From: Raillietiella orientalis | Taxonomy: Eukaryota | Assembly (NCBI GenBank): GCA_036172245.1 | Contig: JAYWIR010000043.1 | Location: forward strand, 1,550,001-1,614,000 | Reading direction: 5' to 3' | DNA: 64,000 bases | Part shown: positions 1-13,315 of the stretch, one piece after another | Layout of the letters: each line of letters opens with the position of its first letter | How positions within the stretch are numbered: the first letter of the stretch is position 1 | Position numbers and translations under genes: made by a program | Notes under the pieces: model-generated | Databases searched by the model: none | Told to the model about the DNA's origin: nothing | What the model saw: the letters and a program-made list of their open reading frames with translations, nothing else

Positions 1-1519
1 GTACAACAAACCATCTGGAGAAGCGACCTACCACCGGACACTCTGGATTATCTTTTATCCAACCAAGTGGCTCTCGACTATAAGATTGGACAAGTAATAG
101 GCAAAATGAACAACGGTCCCATTTGTAGATCGTGAAGATTCTACGCACAAATCTGAAACCCAAAGTGCTGCTGCAGAATTAATTCAATGCCAACACACGC
201 GCTCCGCCGGAGTAGGAAATGCGAACTCCCACTGACCTCTTCAAAAGTGGTCAGCGCTGCATTCTTCAGGAGCACCGCTATTTTTCAAGCTTCAAACCGA
301 AGGAGTCCTCAGTTTCCGAACTAGTACTTTGAATTCACTTGTTTCATTCGGTCCTCAGTGCTTCTAAGCAGCACGAGAAAGGAAGATTTATGCTTCAGAA
401 AGATTGGAGAGAGAGGATATGGGAGACTGTCCCTGTAACTAGGCACCCTCGAAACGGTGGATCAAACTTGGGAGTCGTCTCTGAAAACCTCTCCTCTCCA
501 CTCCTCGATCGGGACTGTCTCGTGCATCACTACTCGATATCCCAAATGGCTGCTTAGCAGTTATTCAACAGAACATACCTGTGAACTTGCCGCTGAACAG
601 TTCTGCAGTGGTTTCACAGTTGCTAGGGCCTTTTGTCTTCTTATGCAGTGACCAATCTTCCAGGAAAATAAATCGAAAAGTGGAGGCAGCTTGTGTCCTA
701 CTAATCGTCTCCGACCACCGTGTTCTAGCCGCGCAACTCTGTACTTCTTGTGCCTCCTCTCTCCGGCTTCCCCGCTGCCCATGAACAGCATCCTCCAACA
801 GAACCCATGGTAAGAGAGGAACTGGATCCGGCATCACGGAAAATCTTGAGCATAATGTGAAGAGGAATGCATTCGTCAAAAACACACGTGCAACTGGGTA
901 AAGAGACGTGGGAAAATACGGAGGTGATGGACCATTTGTGGCGAACCAAGACTATTCAGACAGTAAGAGAACTTGAGGAGAGGCAACGAGCGTTGATCAA
1001 GCTGCTGATCTCTCATTGAAGGTGATGGATGCTTCTCCTAGGAGACCCATTTTTTAGAATACGACTCGAAACCTGGAAGCTGGAGCGCAATGGGGAACCA
1101 AAAATGGTTGCCGTGATTCTCTATGAAGTGGGAATTTCTGTTCCATGACTCTAAAGTTTGGTACATGTTTCGTTGTTGGCAAATGTGCTGACCTGAGTCT
1201 TGAGTTCATCTTGTGACAACTCGCCTTTTGGAGACAGCGCCTTTTTTTTTTTTTTTAAAAAAAAAAAAAGACATCCAAACATAACGGGTGCTGTGCCAAA
1301 AAAAAAAACAGAGCGAACGTTTTCAGAAACTGCAGCTTCCAGGTCTCTTGAAAAATATGAAACTTGAAGACACTCTGTCCGGATCTACGACACCACATGG
1401 GAAAAATCGTTTTTGAAAGAGACATAGAAGCTGTTTGCCTTTTCCTTGCAAGACAATTGTCTCGCAAGCATCCTCGATCCCGGCTCGGAACTCGTCCTAA
1501 GCCACGAAAGCTGCGAAAA

Positions 1520-1975
1520 GTGAGGAGCACACTTACTCCTTGTGCTCACTTGATCTTGAACACCATCCAAAGTAAAACCAGTGCACTTTCATACAATGGC
1601 ATGAAAGCTCTAAAGAAGATCTACCAACGACCAAAGAAAAACTTTTTGAAAGCCGAAAAAACTTTCGGGTTGCTCATAGCTGTTGAAAGCATTTGCAAAA
1701 ACTACTACGATATACCTATTGGTCATCGAATGCAGATGCCGAAGAATAGATGTCACTTTATAGGCAAAGCAACTGATGTAATTGGTAGATATTGGAGAGA
1801 CCACACGAAGAAGCTACGCCACATGAAATTATCCATACATCTGTTGACTCCGGCAGTCTCCGTTTCACTTCGTGGAGCATTTTACCATCTTGTGACCGTG
1901 AGAAAAGGTCATCATCATTCCGGTTTGTTGGTGACCACCTTCCGAGCGAATGATGGAATCTGAATGAAAAGTGGG
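1520..1975 (+). mobile_element. Degenerate hAT transposase C-terminal dimerisation-domain remnant
   Basis: TDVIGRYWRDHTKKLRHMKLSIHLLTPAVSVSLRGAF...HSGLLVTTFRA resembles the hATC pattern D-x-L-x-WW-x-x-H...LA..LL.IPATS..SERxFS...R.RL...T..A. The catalytic ER is lost. Confidence 0.55.
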
Positions 1976-4900
1976 ATGTTAATTAGTGTACACTCTTAAG
2001 GATCCATCTTTTTAGTCAGTTCTCAAAAAGAGGAGGTTCAGGAAATCCTTCGTCGGAGCAGGCCGATTTCTCCCTTCAGAGAAAACGAGCAGTCTTGGAC
2101 TGCAGTCGGAAACACTTTTTCAATACGCAGCCTTGATTGTGCCTTCTTCTGATGTTCTGTCTTGAGCAGCCGGAATTAGTCCTCCCGGGATCTAAGCTAT
2201 CTCTGACGTCGCAGCTGTTGAGTGCATTGACACCATGTGGGTGGCTGATTGCAACCACCTCTTTCCGGAGTTCCACTTGGCCGCTTGTAATTTCATTGAA
2301 GGGAGCAAAACGAAAAGGAGCTTTTCCCGTTCGCCACTTTAAGCATCATCTCATGTGCTGCTCCTCAGCCGGATTGATCTTTCGAAACAGGATCTATGGG
2401 CATTCCGAAAGCCTCCGTTCGGATCACATCGCGCTTTGGCGCACTCGAACGCCTCTCCCATCTTTCCGGTGTGTTATTCCTTTTTTTTTTTTGCTCGTTC
2501 TGGGAGCTTCCAACGACGCTTTCTAAAAGTTAAGGACGGAAGGGGAAGCGTCCCGCCGTTTCGCTTGCGTCCCTCAATTCCAAAATCTTATCCTTTGAAT
2601 TTGTGGAGTACTCAGCAGCATTCAAAGAGGCTTTTGCGCCTCACGGCTGCCTCTTCCACAGACCATCCATTACTCTTCTGTAGAAGCTGCTCATCGTAGC
2701 ATCGCCCGAAGCTTTGCTGACCTCCCTCGAATCTTGTTTGGATAAGCTCGAATTCACCATGAAAAAGGAGACCATGCCTCATTAAAAAAATTAGCGAGAA
2801 CAAACACCAACGGGATGTTGGATTTTTCTGCATCACGTAATTCTCCTTTCGTGATGCGATTCCCTTAAGATTCATTTCCATCTTATGCTCTGAGCAGTTT
2901 CAGAGATTTTTTCTCGGTGTAGGAAACGCTAACTTCGTGAGAGATGACGTGCGTAGAAACTTTGCGAGGACTCCGAGCCCTTCTTCCAAAGACAGGCTTT
3001 TGTGCCACAAACAACACATCTCCATCACTCTTCACCTACGCCCAGGGACACTGACAGATGATTGCTTAAGCGCAGATTGTGATTCAAGAGGGATGAGTGC
3101 AGCCGTGGGACTTCTCCTGCTTTGGAAGAAGAGTTTCTCGTTGGGAAGGACGCTTACAAAGTTACGTTCCGTTTAATAAGAAATGGAGGATTGCTGATGA
3201 TTAAGAACGCTGCCTCCTGGCTCCTCAGTCAAACGGTGCCTACACCGACATCGCATGCATGCCCTTGTTTATAGGGATAAGTCTTAAAATTCCTCTAAAC
3301 TATGGACTGTTTATCCTCATAGTATAAAAACATTAGATAATGGACATAAAAGCATCAACAAGGAAACGGAGAAATCTTTTGAAAGAACGATAGAGGCATG
3401 CGTACGTAGATTATTTGAAGGAATGGTGGAAGATCATGTGAGACTGACTTGAATTTGCATGACAAGGAAACTGAAAAATCGCACTCGTTGCCATGGATAC
3501 AGATACGGTACTGAGATGAAACTCACGATGACGATGACCAGGCTCTTGCATGGTCGCAAAAGCCTCATGCGCGTGATGCTTTGTTTGCAAAGCAATCTTC
3601 TCCTAGGAAGCCCAGAGGATTGAGAAAGTGATGTTTGCTGATGATATATATGTCTGGAGAATAAAGAAGGATACACACGCATATTTTACGATCCTTGATT
3701 TGAGATTCCTTCTCCCGGCCAAGGTCGGTAGACATAGAGACCGCTGCTTCTTAGACGTTGCTTCCGAAAGCAAAAATTTGGATGCATGCCCCAAGCGTCT
3801 TTTACTGAAGGCTACCTCTGGGCAACTTTGGCTCCTGCCAATCTGTTTTGAACCGCTTAAGATTCATTTTCGTTTTCCATGAAACTTTCCTCGTGACCTT
3901 CTTTCAGTTGTGACTAATTTAGACTTCGTGAATCTTTAAGAAATTCCAGACTTAAAAAGCATTTAATAGTTCTGTTAATTGGAGTGAAAGACAAAGAATA
4001 GGGTGATCTTGTCTTCTGACTGGATTTGATTTTTTTTTTTCAAAAAAAAGAGCATCGTCGTTATAATATTGATCGCTGGCATTTCATTTTTTTTTTTTGT
4101 TATTCTATTAGTCTGTAACTCCATCTCCCGCATCTCGTGTATGATTCAACTTCTCAGTGCTTACTTCTTCTCCTGAACCTAAACGAGAAGAAGGCATCCT
4201 TTCGACTAAGAGTCCCTTCTGCAAAAGTCCTTGAAATCTCTTTGGGATGTCTTTGAAATGGTCGGGAGGCCTAATGAAGGATTCGTGCATGTCCTAAGAG
4301 CTTTAGGAACCAAAGGGTTCCAGTCGGTTCCTTACTCTTCCGAAGAGAAATTTCGGGAGGACTGTTTGCCGCGGCGTGCATCATTGGGCAGTGCTGCGTA
4401 CCCACCGAACTCACTGAATGTACACTGATGGGATTCTCACACCTTGCGTGGAATCAGCATTTCTTCTTCAAGCCGGCTGCTGTGTTGGTGACGCGTTCCC
4501 GAAAACAGAACCAAAAGAGCGTTTCCGCGCGCGCAGGTGCCACCACCGGCTGCCAGCCCTTGCAGCTCGTGAGCGCCAGAATTTCAGCTTCAAAACATTT
4601 GCACGCGGGAAAATTCCGATTCCAACGTCTCACACATCTTTTGGAACCGAATGGCGCCTTCGGTCCCAACCCCGTAGCGCAGCCCTTCGGAATATGCAAA
4701 AGCGTTGTTAATCCCACTTTATGTTTTCACTTCTCGTGCTCGGAAAGCTCATTTGTTCCTGCAATCTGGAAACTTCCAATGGGGAAATTCTCTGAAATAT
4801 TTCCTCCCTAGTTTCAGTAATTTCGTCAAGCTTTTGAATGCTGGGATTCCTGTCCCCCGCGACCCGAATTTCTCCACAAGGAGTGTCCCTGCAGCTCGAA

Positions 4901-6299
4901 CCGTGATCGATTCATTCATCTCTTTCTTAACAGTTACTGCAGAATGCCGTTTTCATTTGCTCATCATATCTGTTAGGGCAAGAGCCGAGAGGAATGAATG
5001 ATACCAAAGCGGTCGGCCATATCCCATCATTTGGGCGAAGCACCCGCTCCCTTCCCGAGTCCAGAGGCCAATGTGTTTCAAGAGCGTCCCCTACAGCTTC
5101 ATTGCCAGCTTTCCAGATCTCAACTCCGATCAGGAATGCGCTTCGACCCGTTCATGGTTCCAGCAACCTGATTTCGTCGAGTGCTCTCGAAGAGGATCCT
5201 TGGAGCATTCTTTTGATGCCCCCTTCTTTAATCGGAAAGAAAACACCAGACGATTCCTTCTCCTGCTCTTCGGGAAGGATTCTGCAAAGCCGTGATGGTT
5301 CTCGATTTCCTCGGGTGTGCCGGCGGTTGCGGTACAAAACTAACCGGAGGGCATTCCGCGGTCATTCCCTGACTTCCTTGAAGTGCATCTTTTCGGATTC
5401 CTCTTCGAAACCACTTATCTTCCTCGGACTTCCCACTGCTGGATGCGCAGGGCGTCTTCCATTTGCGCTTCCGTCGCGTAACGGCGGGAAGCACTCGATT
5501 TTTCCAACGGGATTTCTGGATGCTCTTCGCTCTTGCCCTGGGTGCCATTCCCGATTCGTTTCAGAACGCCGGTTCGCCGGGACTGCAGTTTTGCCGATCT
5601 GGTTTTCGATTTCAGGACAAATAATTAGAAAATGCCTTTCTGTGAGACAGCCGTCGGAGTGTACTTTTGCCATTTTCGAGGATGCTTTGCCACTTGCTCG
5701 GTTCGTCCCCATCTTCTATCCCCTGCCAGCCAGGGCTCCGAAACGCAGCAAGCAGCATGATCTGGATTCTGCCGGTCAAGGCAAAGTTCACATGCAAGAG
5801 GCGAAACCACACAGAGATCTGCACCAATGGAAAGGGAACCTAAACTCTGTTCTTCACGGGACATCGGATTTCCTTTCCTCTGAAGAGTTTCATCCCTCGG
5901 CATTCTTTCGATCCTTTTGCGGGTTGCTGCTATCAAAATGAGGTCAACAACACTGGAATGCGCACAGCCTGCTTTCTGCTGGTGTTCGCTTGGAATCACC
6001 AGCCGTCGTGCTCTTCTTATTCGCAGAGTTAGAAAGAAGACTGAGGAAGATGCCTGATTCTCTTGCGATGAAACGTATGAAAGGCGGGGTGAGACGCTCA
6101 GAGCCGATGCTTTAAAAGAACCGCTGTCCTGAGGATCGGTCCAGGCACCTCACGGAAACTCGCGCGTTTCAGGCTTAGTCTAGGATAAAAAAAAAGTGTA
6201 CCTGCGTAGGTGTATGCAAGTACACTTTTATGTGAAGCGGAAGAAAGTTCATACTGATTGGTTCGAAGCTCCATAAGAGTCTCCCTGCTGGAGGGCTAC

Positions 6300-6485
6300 G
6301 AACGAGAACCGTTGCACACTTTCCAGGCCACTCCTGTTGCTAGTTGGTGTTATCACCCATCTGGGACAGCGATCAAAGACAGATGAGAGAAATTTTACTG
6401 TTAAATTAGTGAACACTGCTCCTGAATCAGTAGATGCCAGATCACTCGAGCAGCGACATCGGTACTCGGATACCGAAACGAGCAC
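6300..6485 (-). mobile_element. Possible LTR-retrotransposon integrase (rve) fragment
   Basis: SEYRCRCSSDLASTDSGAVFTN...ITPTSNRSGLE loosely matches S.YG.P..I.TD.G..FT...HP.SNG..E. Short and decayed. Confidence 0.3.
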
Positions 6486-7639
6486 CTACTTCCAGTAGCC
6501 CATGCTCATCACGGTTCGTGCATATCACCAGCCACGCGGTACAGAAGATTTGGGAAGCTCATACGAAAAGCATCCGCATGATTGGAAACCATGACGATGC
6601 TTCCACGCTGAAGAATCCCGCGGACGGCTGATATACGATTGCATAAAGAATTTCGAAAAATAAGGGTATGCCAGATTGCTGCCACAGGACGAATCAGCAT
6701 GTGAACCATTGATGCTCTCTATTTCTCATGCCTGAACTCACCTCTTCTTCCGTGCAGGACTGTGAGACTTGGGGGATTTTTTCTCTCAAATACTGAAGGC
6801 TCCATTCCTCCCACTGCTTCCTTGCACTGTCATTCATGCATTAATAGGGGGGGGGGGGGGAGAGGAAGAAAAAAAGGTGCCTTCCCCAGTATTTTACTCT
6901 TGAGATTCGGAACTGTTTCTCCACACGTACGGAGTTTTATCGTTCAAGGTGTTCGCTTTCGTTGCTCCTTCGTTCTTGCCATTCAGTTGTTTTCCACACA
7001 ACACAAACCTTTAAAGTCGTCTCCGCTGTCGAGCACCAATCCTCTTCAGGTTCTTCAAGCATTCGCTCAGGTGGTCTAAACTGTTTTCATACCCATGGAA
7101 CATTCCATCATGTTTAATCCAGGAATCCGAAGGCAGTTAAAACGAATGGAAGCTCTCTCACTGATGCGCGGAAAGTGGTACGGGAAAAACAGCGAAGATC
7201 ACGCTTTTTTCGATACTTGAAACTGATGAGGTTGCCTGACGGCGACATAAGCCTTCAAGCACAAAAGATGCGTTTTATGGCACAAAAATCACAGCGATCC
7301 ATTCCTGAAAGGTCACGTGATTCCTCGCGTTGGAAGCACGAAGGAAGCTTTGGCTCGAAAGATTTCCGGTGCCGACGTCACCGGATGTGCTTCACTCGAG
7401 AGTTCAAAGCGCTGAATCCTCTTCCATTCTGGTTCCCCAGCGTAAGCACCGGGGAAAGGGGAAAGGTTGAGAAGAAATGAAGGAGCGAAGGTGAAAATTT
7501 GGCTCCTCTTAAACGCGGACGAGCGCCCTTTTCCCAACGAGCACCTTGGTGACGTGTGCATCCGGAAGCCGGTGTTTGCGTGACCATGGGGCCCGCAGTG
7601 TAAGCGGTCCTTCGCCCATGATGTCCTCTCGGAAAGACT

Positions 7640-8035
7640 GAGTCTTCTCTTTCGCTAGAAAAGCCCTGAACCTTGCGATATACAGGAAAGCATCTCAGCA
7701 TAATATGATAGTCAGGTGCATGCTGACACCCAGGGCGATTTTTTCTGCACGGGGAGGCAGTTCTTCAATAAAAAATGGAACACGAAGATGATCCATCCTT
7801 ATTTTTGACCCGCATCAGCTGTTCCGATTTGAGCTTGACCAGGGATGAATGATTCGCCAAGGTACTCTCGTCGTAAGCGATGAGACCAGCCTCTTGAATT
7901 CCCATCTCGCTATTTATGGTTTGCTCGTGTTGAGTTGGGAAATCACCTTCACTTCGCATCGGATTTTTAGCATCAGTTAGGGAGTGGCTGAGTGATGCGA
8001 TGTCCTCCCAGACACAAAGTCCAGAGAAAAGGCTC
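7640..8035 (-). mobile_element. Degenerate Helitron PIF1-type helicase fragment
   Basis: Collinear motif remnants across frameshifts on the minus strand: SGRTSHHS (~GGRTAHS); NSEMGIQEAGLIAYDESTLAN (~motif II LIIWDExTMA); GWIIFVF...NCLPV...VSAC (~FGG.VFVF.GDFRQCLPV...V.AC); PVYRKVQGFS (~PLW..V..F.L). Confidence 0.6.
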
Positions 8036-8639
8036 AGAGTTCCTGAAATTGTTAGCCCTTTATCTGGTCACCAGAAATGACCTTTTGGTTTTCTACCTCC
8101 GTCGGACATCTGTCGGTCGCCCTGCGTCTGATTCCAAGTCCTTTCACTCCTTTTTCCTTTTCTTTTGTTGTTGCTCCAGGACACCGAGGTTGCGAGTCGT
8201 GGTTTCAAAGAGAATGACAGTCATCCGCGTGCAAGCAATGCAATGAAGTTATCTTGGTAAATTCCATCATCGTCGATAATTTCGGATTGCATTTCTATTG
8301 GAAGACGTACTCAAGCACTTCTTGTCTTGGCAATGCTCTCTGGAGAAGTTGCTGCCAATTACAATGGAGAACAATTCTGCTGATCACCTGATTCATAGGA
8401 TTCGCTGCTTTCCTGCTCTTCAATACAAGATCATCCACTTATAAGATCAATGGAGGAAATGTGATTTGCATCAATACCACACAAGCACGCCTGACAACCC
8501 ATGGATCTGGCTGGTATTTTACTGGCATCATTGACAAGAATTTCCAGGAGCATGATCATTTCCGTACAGTTGCCCATCTCATTTCTCTCAAAAATCTTGC
8601 TCCACCGGGCGCTGCGAGCGTGCACTGGCAGAGCGTGCG

Positions 8640-10980
8640 TTTCTATGGACGCCTGCGTCATGCAACTTCATCAACGAATGGGCGCAGTCTGCCCATTCGT
8701 TGATGAAGCGATGCGACGAATTTTCAAAGAGTCGTTGGTTCGCCGATTGCGTCAGCTGGCTACGCTGGTCGAAACGTTTCCAGAAGAGGATATCCGCGGC
8801 TGCGGGTAACAGCATCCCTCATCTCAGCATCCTCAATCACAAGCGAGATGCGCCGCCCCGTTCGGTAGGTACGTGCAGAGTTCCGCTAGAGAACCTCGAA
8901 AGTGTTCCTCCTCTAAGGAGAAGGGGAGAAGCCATTGCGGACGGGATCCGTGGATCCTCACCAAGGCTTCACTCCGGTGTCTTCTCTCTCGACCGCCAGC
9001 TTGAAAGAAACGGAGAGCGCGCTTGCACGAAGGATAACTTCCTGAGCGTTTCAGGGTTCCTTTTCTGAAAGCAGACAGCTTTAATATCCGGACCAGTCGC
9101 CCCAAGATCACAGGGGCAGCTCCGGGTGCTCGGCAGGGCACCTGGGGCTTGGCTGCTGCTGGGAGTTTTTCGGGCAGTAGTCGAAGACCTTGGGACTCAT
9201 GGGATGGCCCCTTCCAAAGCAGTGCCACGGAGAATGCTTGGAGTCAGGACGAGGGAGGAGATTGGGTGAGGAGGGAAGTGAGGGTTGAATCAGATATTTC
9301 CTCCGAACATCTGATTCCGACGATCGCGGAAGTAGGAAATGGCGTGACGCGCCCGCAAACGGTCGCCATTTTTGCAATGGATCATTGAGTCTTTTGTCCT
9401 CTCACCATGGAGAAATCACATCTTTTCGGGAAAAGACCCCGCCTCGTGGCCTGATGTTTCTTAATGCGCTGAGGTGAATGCAAATTTCCACGCTATCTTC
9501 CATGGAGATAAGAGCCGTCAGGAGGAGTCAGGGCGCGGAACACTTTCACTCCCGCTTCCCCCTGGAGAACGGTTGCCGGATCTCAGCTTTCGTGCGGCCC
9601 GCTTGTAGGGGAGCTGCTCTTTCGGGAGTTTTTCAGGAAACCCCTTGTTCCAATTTGTTCCCAGGATGGGTGTAGATGAAGTGCCGCTGCTCTTTTGGCA
9701 CTCTTTGGCGAAGCATTTGGAGTTCATGGAAGGCACCTGGGGGTCGGGGCGCAGATCCTTCCGCTGATCCCCGTGCACCAAGTGATGGCGAGGCGTTTCT
9801 CGTGAGCAGGAACAGCAAACACGCGAGGTCCAGCACCACGGATACCGAATAATCAGGGAGAAGTCGGCAAGGACGGCTCCGGAAACGGAGGGGAGGGAAG
9901 AGCGCGGGCGAGAGAGAGGGTGGAGGAAAAAAAGCAAATAAATAAAAAAAAAAAGTTATTTATGTAGTTGCGGGGATATCACAGATAGTTTCCTGCCGTC
10001 CTCTGAGTCTTTCGAGTCCTTCGAGTCTTCCCAGGTGAAACTGCCTCGTCGTAATCCTCAAGAAGGATACGATAATGGAGATAGCGTCCTTACAGTGCTG
10101 TCCTTTCGGCGGCCTTCCGTGCCGCGGCTACTAATCGGGCTTTCCTCTGTGACGGTTGGCACGGAAACGCCGACTTGGGCTTGGATTCCAGTCGAAGGCA
10201 TTTCCTTCGTTCTTCCTCGGGGCAGAGTTCTGGAAACGGCGAGCTGGGCAGTGTCCGTGGCAGAGGCAGAGCGCATCCGGCTGCCTGCAGAGTCACACCA
10301 CGTGCATTTCACGCGCTCACGGGAGGACACTTCTGTCCTGAGATGGAAACCACTTCCTCCCCTCGGCTGTCTTCGAGTGGTTGGTCGCTCCGCGCGACAG
10401 ACCACTCGAAGACATCGGTACCATCGCTCGTCCACGCTCACTGTGCTCTCGCTTCTCGGATAACTTCAGCACTCGTGGTCCGTCCCCAGTGTTTGCACAC
10501 TTTCGTGTTCCCGGTGACGTGGAAGCAGACCGTCTCTGCACTGGAGATTCCAGTGCAATCGGCACCTGCATCCTCTTTTCCAGGCGGTGTCTTGCATCTC
10601 CAAACTGCACCAGGTGTGTATCCAGCGGATCCGATCCCGCAGTTGCTTTTGGACTGCGGCGTCCTCCAAGAACTGTGGCAGAGGCTGACGTCAGCGCCCC
10701 TGCATCAGGAAGACACCGCCCGAGATGTGCCGCGGCGGTTCTTCGCGTCCGACGGACTCTCGACCGGCGTGGTAATCGCAACGATGGGTTGCGCCCGCGC
10801 CATCGTCACGGCCCCCCGTGCCATGGAGACGCTCAAACGCAGCAGTGAAAGGAGGTTACCGGGATGGCAGCCGCGCCTACATGGGGGCAGCTGCAAGGTA
10901 ACCTCACCATCACGAGGAAGTCAAGGTGGAGATCACCGGCATCTAGTGCCGATTCTAAAAAAAAAAAACAGCATGAGGTG
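8640..10980 (+). mobile_element. Highly degenerate L1/Tx1-clade non-LTR retrotransposon ORF2 relic
   Basis: Collinear remnants: LVETFPEEDI (~L..PIT.EEI); PPRSVGTCRVPLE (~KSPG.DG.P.E); an RT-like VRVESDISSE...IFAM segment; AQILPL at 9749-9766 (~WY.AQILP); and a frameshifted zf-RVT knuckle LASPNCTRC...DPIPQLLLDCGVLQELWQRL at about 10590-10687 (H replaced by Q). An A-run at about 10947-10958 and AATAAA near 10990 follow. Confidence 0.6.
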
Positions 10981-11169
10981 ACCCCTGGGAATAAATAAAT
11001 AAGGGAAAGATGGGAACCTTTCCTTTATTTTATTTTATTTTTTCATTTCGCTGCTTTCCGTTCCCTACTTTTAAATGTCTTGTTGATGGGTGGGCACTCC
11101 ACTTGAACTTCTTTTGTCTTCAGTCGGAAACCTAGTTCCCAGCTGCTTTTTTTTTTATTATATGAACGC

Positions 11170-13315
11170 CCGGGGCTCCGAGGGGGGAGAAGGAAATTTC
11201 AGCGACTCCAAAGCTGGCTCGAAACTGTGGCCCCTGGCGACCCGCGCGGCTGGTCACGCGCCACACCCGAAGAGCGAAAGCGCGCGTGGAGCCACTGCGA
11301 CGCGCTGCAATTTTCAACGTACCGAATGTTTCCATGGGGACCGCGGAGGTGCTCTGAGTGGAGCCGGAAAGCGGACTCCCGCCGGTGCTCTGGGAGGACC
11401 GGTTGAACGCAAGCGATTGCCGCCGACACAGCGCAGGAGCAGGAGAGAACCGGGATTCGGTCCGCGTGAGTGCGACTCTCGGGATGCAGAGATGAGGGAT
11501 GAGAGCGGGAGACCCTATCTCTCTCTGCCTTGCGTATCTTCGCATTCTCGTGGTGACCACCGTCCACCTGGGAGCTGGTCCTGCCTCCTGAAAATTGACC
11601 GATTCATGGCAGTGTACACACGCTCACGGGACATATGCACATGTGTACAAGCGCTTGGGGGAAAAATGGGCGTGTCCGGGAACGTGTCAGCGACGTCCAA
11701 GTCATGGATTCTGGATGCATCTTTTAACAAAGAATAAAGGGCATCCGATCTGCAGCAGGAAGTGACGTATTGGAATGCGTCTCCGTCAATGCTTCCTCTT
11801 TTCCGGTGCATCGGGATACACGGAAGGAAGGAGTTTCATCCAGGGAGTGGCCGATTGCGTTCGGGACATCTCCTCCTTCACGCGCTCGGCTCAGTAAGAG
11901 ATGCTGCCCCATTAGAAGACGGCACGTGGCACTGTCCGATGGTAGTCCAAGGGCAGAGTAGACCCTGAGCCCTTTCTCACCTCTTGCGGATCTGAACGAG
12001 GCGGCGGGAGCAGACGGAAACCAAAGGTAAAGAAGGGGTCCCCATGCGCGAAGTCGGGCGGCTACCCTCCGCACGAACGTGGGAAGCGTCGTGTTTGCGG
12101 TGAGCAGACGAAGTCCAGGTTTCCCCCAAGCCGGCCGGGACGCAGGAGCCGACGCGCACTCGGAGGGGCGTTCCAAGAACGCTGTTGTGCTTTCGCTGCT
12201 TCGAGGGGACGGGAGGAAGGAAGATGTCGCGTGCGCTTCCTCTCCCAGCTTTCCTTCTCTCCTCCCGGAGGGGCAGTCATGGGGAAGGCTCTTCCCGTTC
12301 CTCCTCGGCGACAAGGAAACTTGAGCGTTTAGGAACGAGGGTAGCTCCGAAGACCGAAACAACAGGAATTCCCTAGGGAAAGGCGGGTCCGTCTTCTTTT
12401 CCAATGCAGCCCGTGGGGAGTGACGGAGTCCTCTTCCTTCGACGGAGAAGGGAAGGTCACCAGAAAGGCCCACGCGGTGCGGAGGATTGAGAAGAGAACA
12501 GACGGCGGAACTCCCCCATGTGGGCAAAGGAGGACGAGAGGGAGGGAGGAGGAAGAGGGGAGGAGAGAAGGAGAAAGGAGAAGCGGAAGAGAAGACAAGA
12601 GATGAAGGGAGCGGAGAAGGAGGAAGAGAGATGAAAAGGAGGGGAGGTGAAGAGTAAGGATGTTGATGGAGGAGCAGAGGAGAAAAGGTGGAGGCATAGG
12701 CAGGGGACTGGACCTTGGAATAGAGGCGGCTGCGCATTTCACGGGCTTGAGGCGGGGAGCGCGCGGCGGGGTCGGCGCGCGCTCTCTGGCTCCGGGATAC
12801 GGACGGCCAACACATTGCCCGCTGCCGCTTCCCGGTCGCCGTCAGTCTCCCTTGCGTGGGAGCCCCGCTCCGAGACTGCTGCCTGCGGAGCGGTTCCGTC
12901 TCCCTAGCAACCGGTTGCGAGACGGAGGCGCGCACACGCGCACCTCCTCTCCTAGGGCCGACTGCGGAGGCAGGCCTCGCATATCTCCTGACCGGCTGCT
13001 GACGGCCAGTACTTCGGGAGAGAAGACGGGCGGCGACACCGCGTGATCGCGTTGCGGCTGGATGCAGCAGGCTCAGCTTCCCGCGCCCGCGATCATCGCT
13101 CCGGAGGGAGACAGGAAGAAGAGGAGGACACGAGACTCCACCTGCGGGGAAGCTCCGACACCCCGCTTCTCCCTCGCTTTCGCTAGCGCTCCCTCCCTCG
13201 GACCCCTCCCTTCCCCACGCCCTGCCTCCTGGAGAGGGGGAGAGACTGCCCGACCGGCGATGGAGATGAGTGTTCTGTGCTTCTTTCGGGAGGTTGCCGG
13301 TGAGGAACGCCGACC
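11170..13315 (+). promoter_or_regulatory. GC/CpG-rich putative promoter and 5'UTR region of the Dpr gene, with a GA-rich tract
   Basis: Visibly GC- and CpG-rich relative to the flanks. Purine-rich tract at about 12526-12700 and an Inr-like TCAGTC at 12842-12847, directly upstream of the proposed ATG. The TSS is not determined. Confidence 0.5.

Noticed and set aside
1242..1269. T15-A13 self-complementary run
   Set aside because: Homopolymer juxtaposition; such runs are common in this window and prone to sequencing error.
3240..3700. Buster/hAT-like RRLFEGMVEDHVRL and RT-like MFADDI
   Set aside because: Single short motifs without reliable flanking motifs; possible TE debris but not supportable.
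4994..5941. 315-aa plus-strand ORF
   Set aside because: S/R/P-rich with no recognisable motif or splice structure; likely a chance ORF.
6510..6700. CACTA-like LKNPADG motif
   Set aside because: One motif only, and the downstream TDGFNP is not recognisable.
8461..8560. Polinton-like GSGW motif
   Set aside because: Four-residue match without the following conserved positions.
11724..12935. Longest ORF in the track (403 aa, minus strand)
   Set aside because: Low-complexity S/P/L/F run produced by the antisense of the GA-rich tract in GC-rich DNA; no domain motifs.
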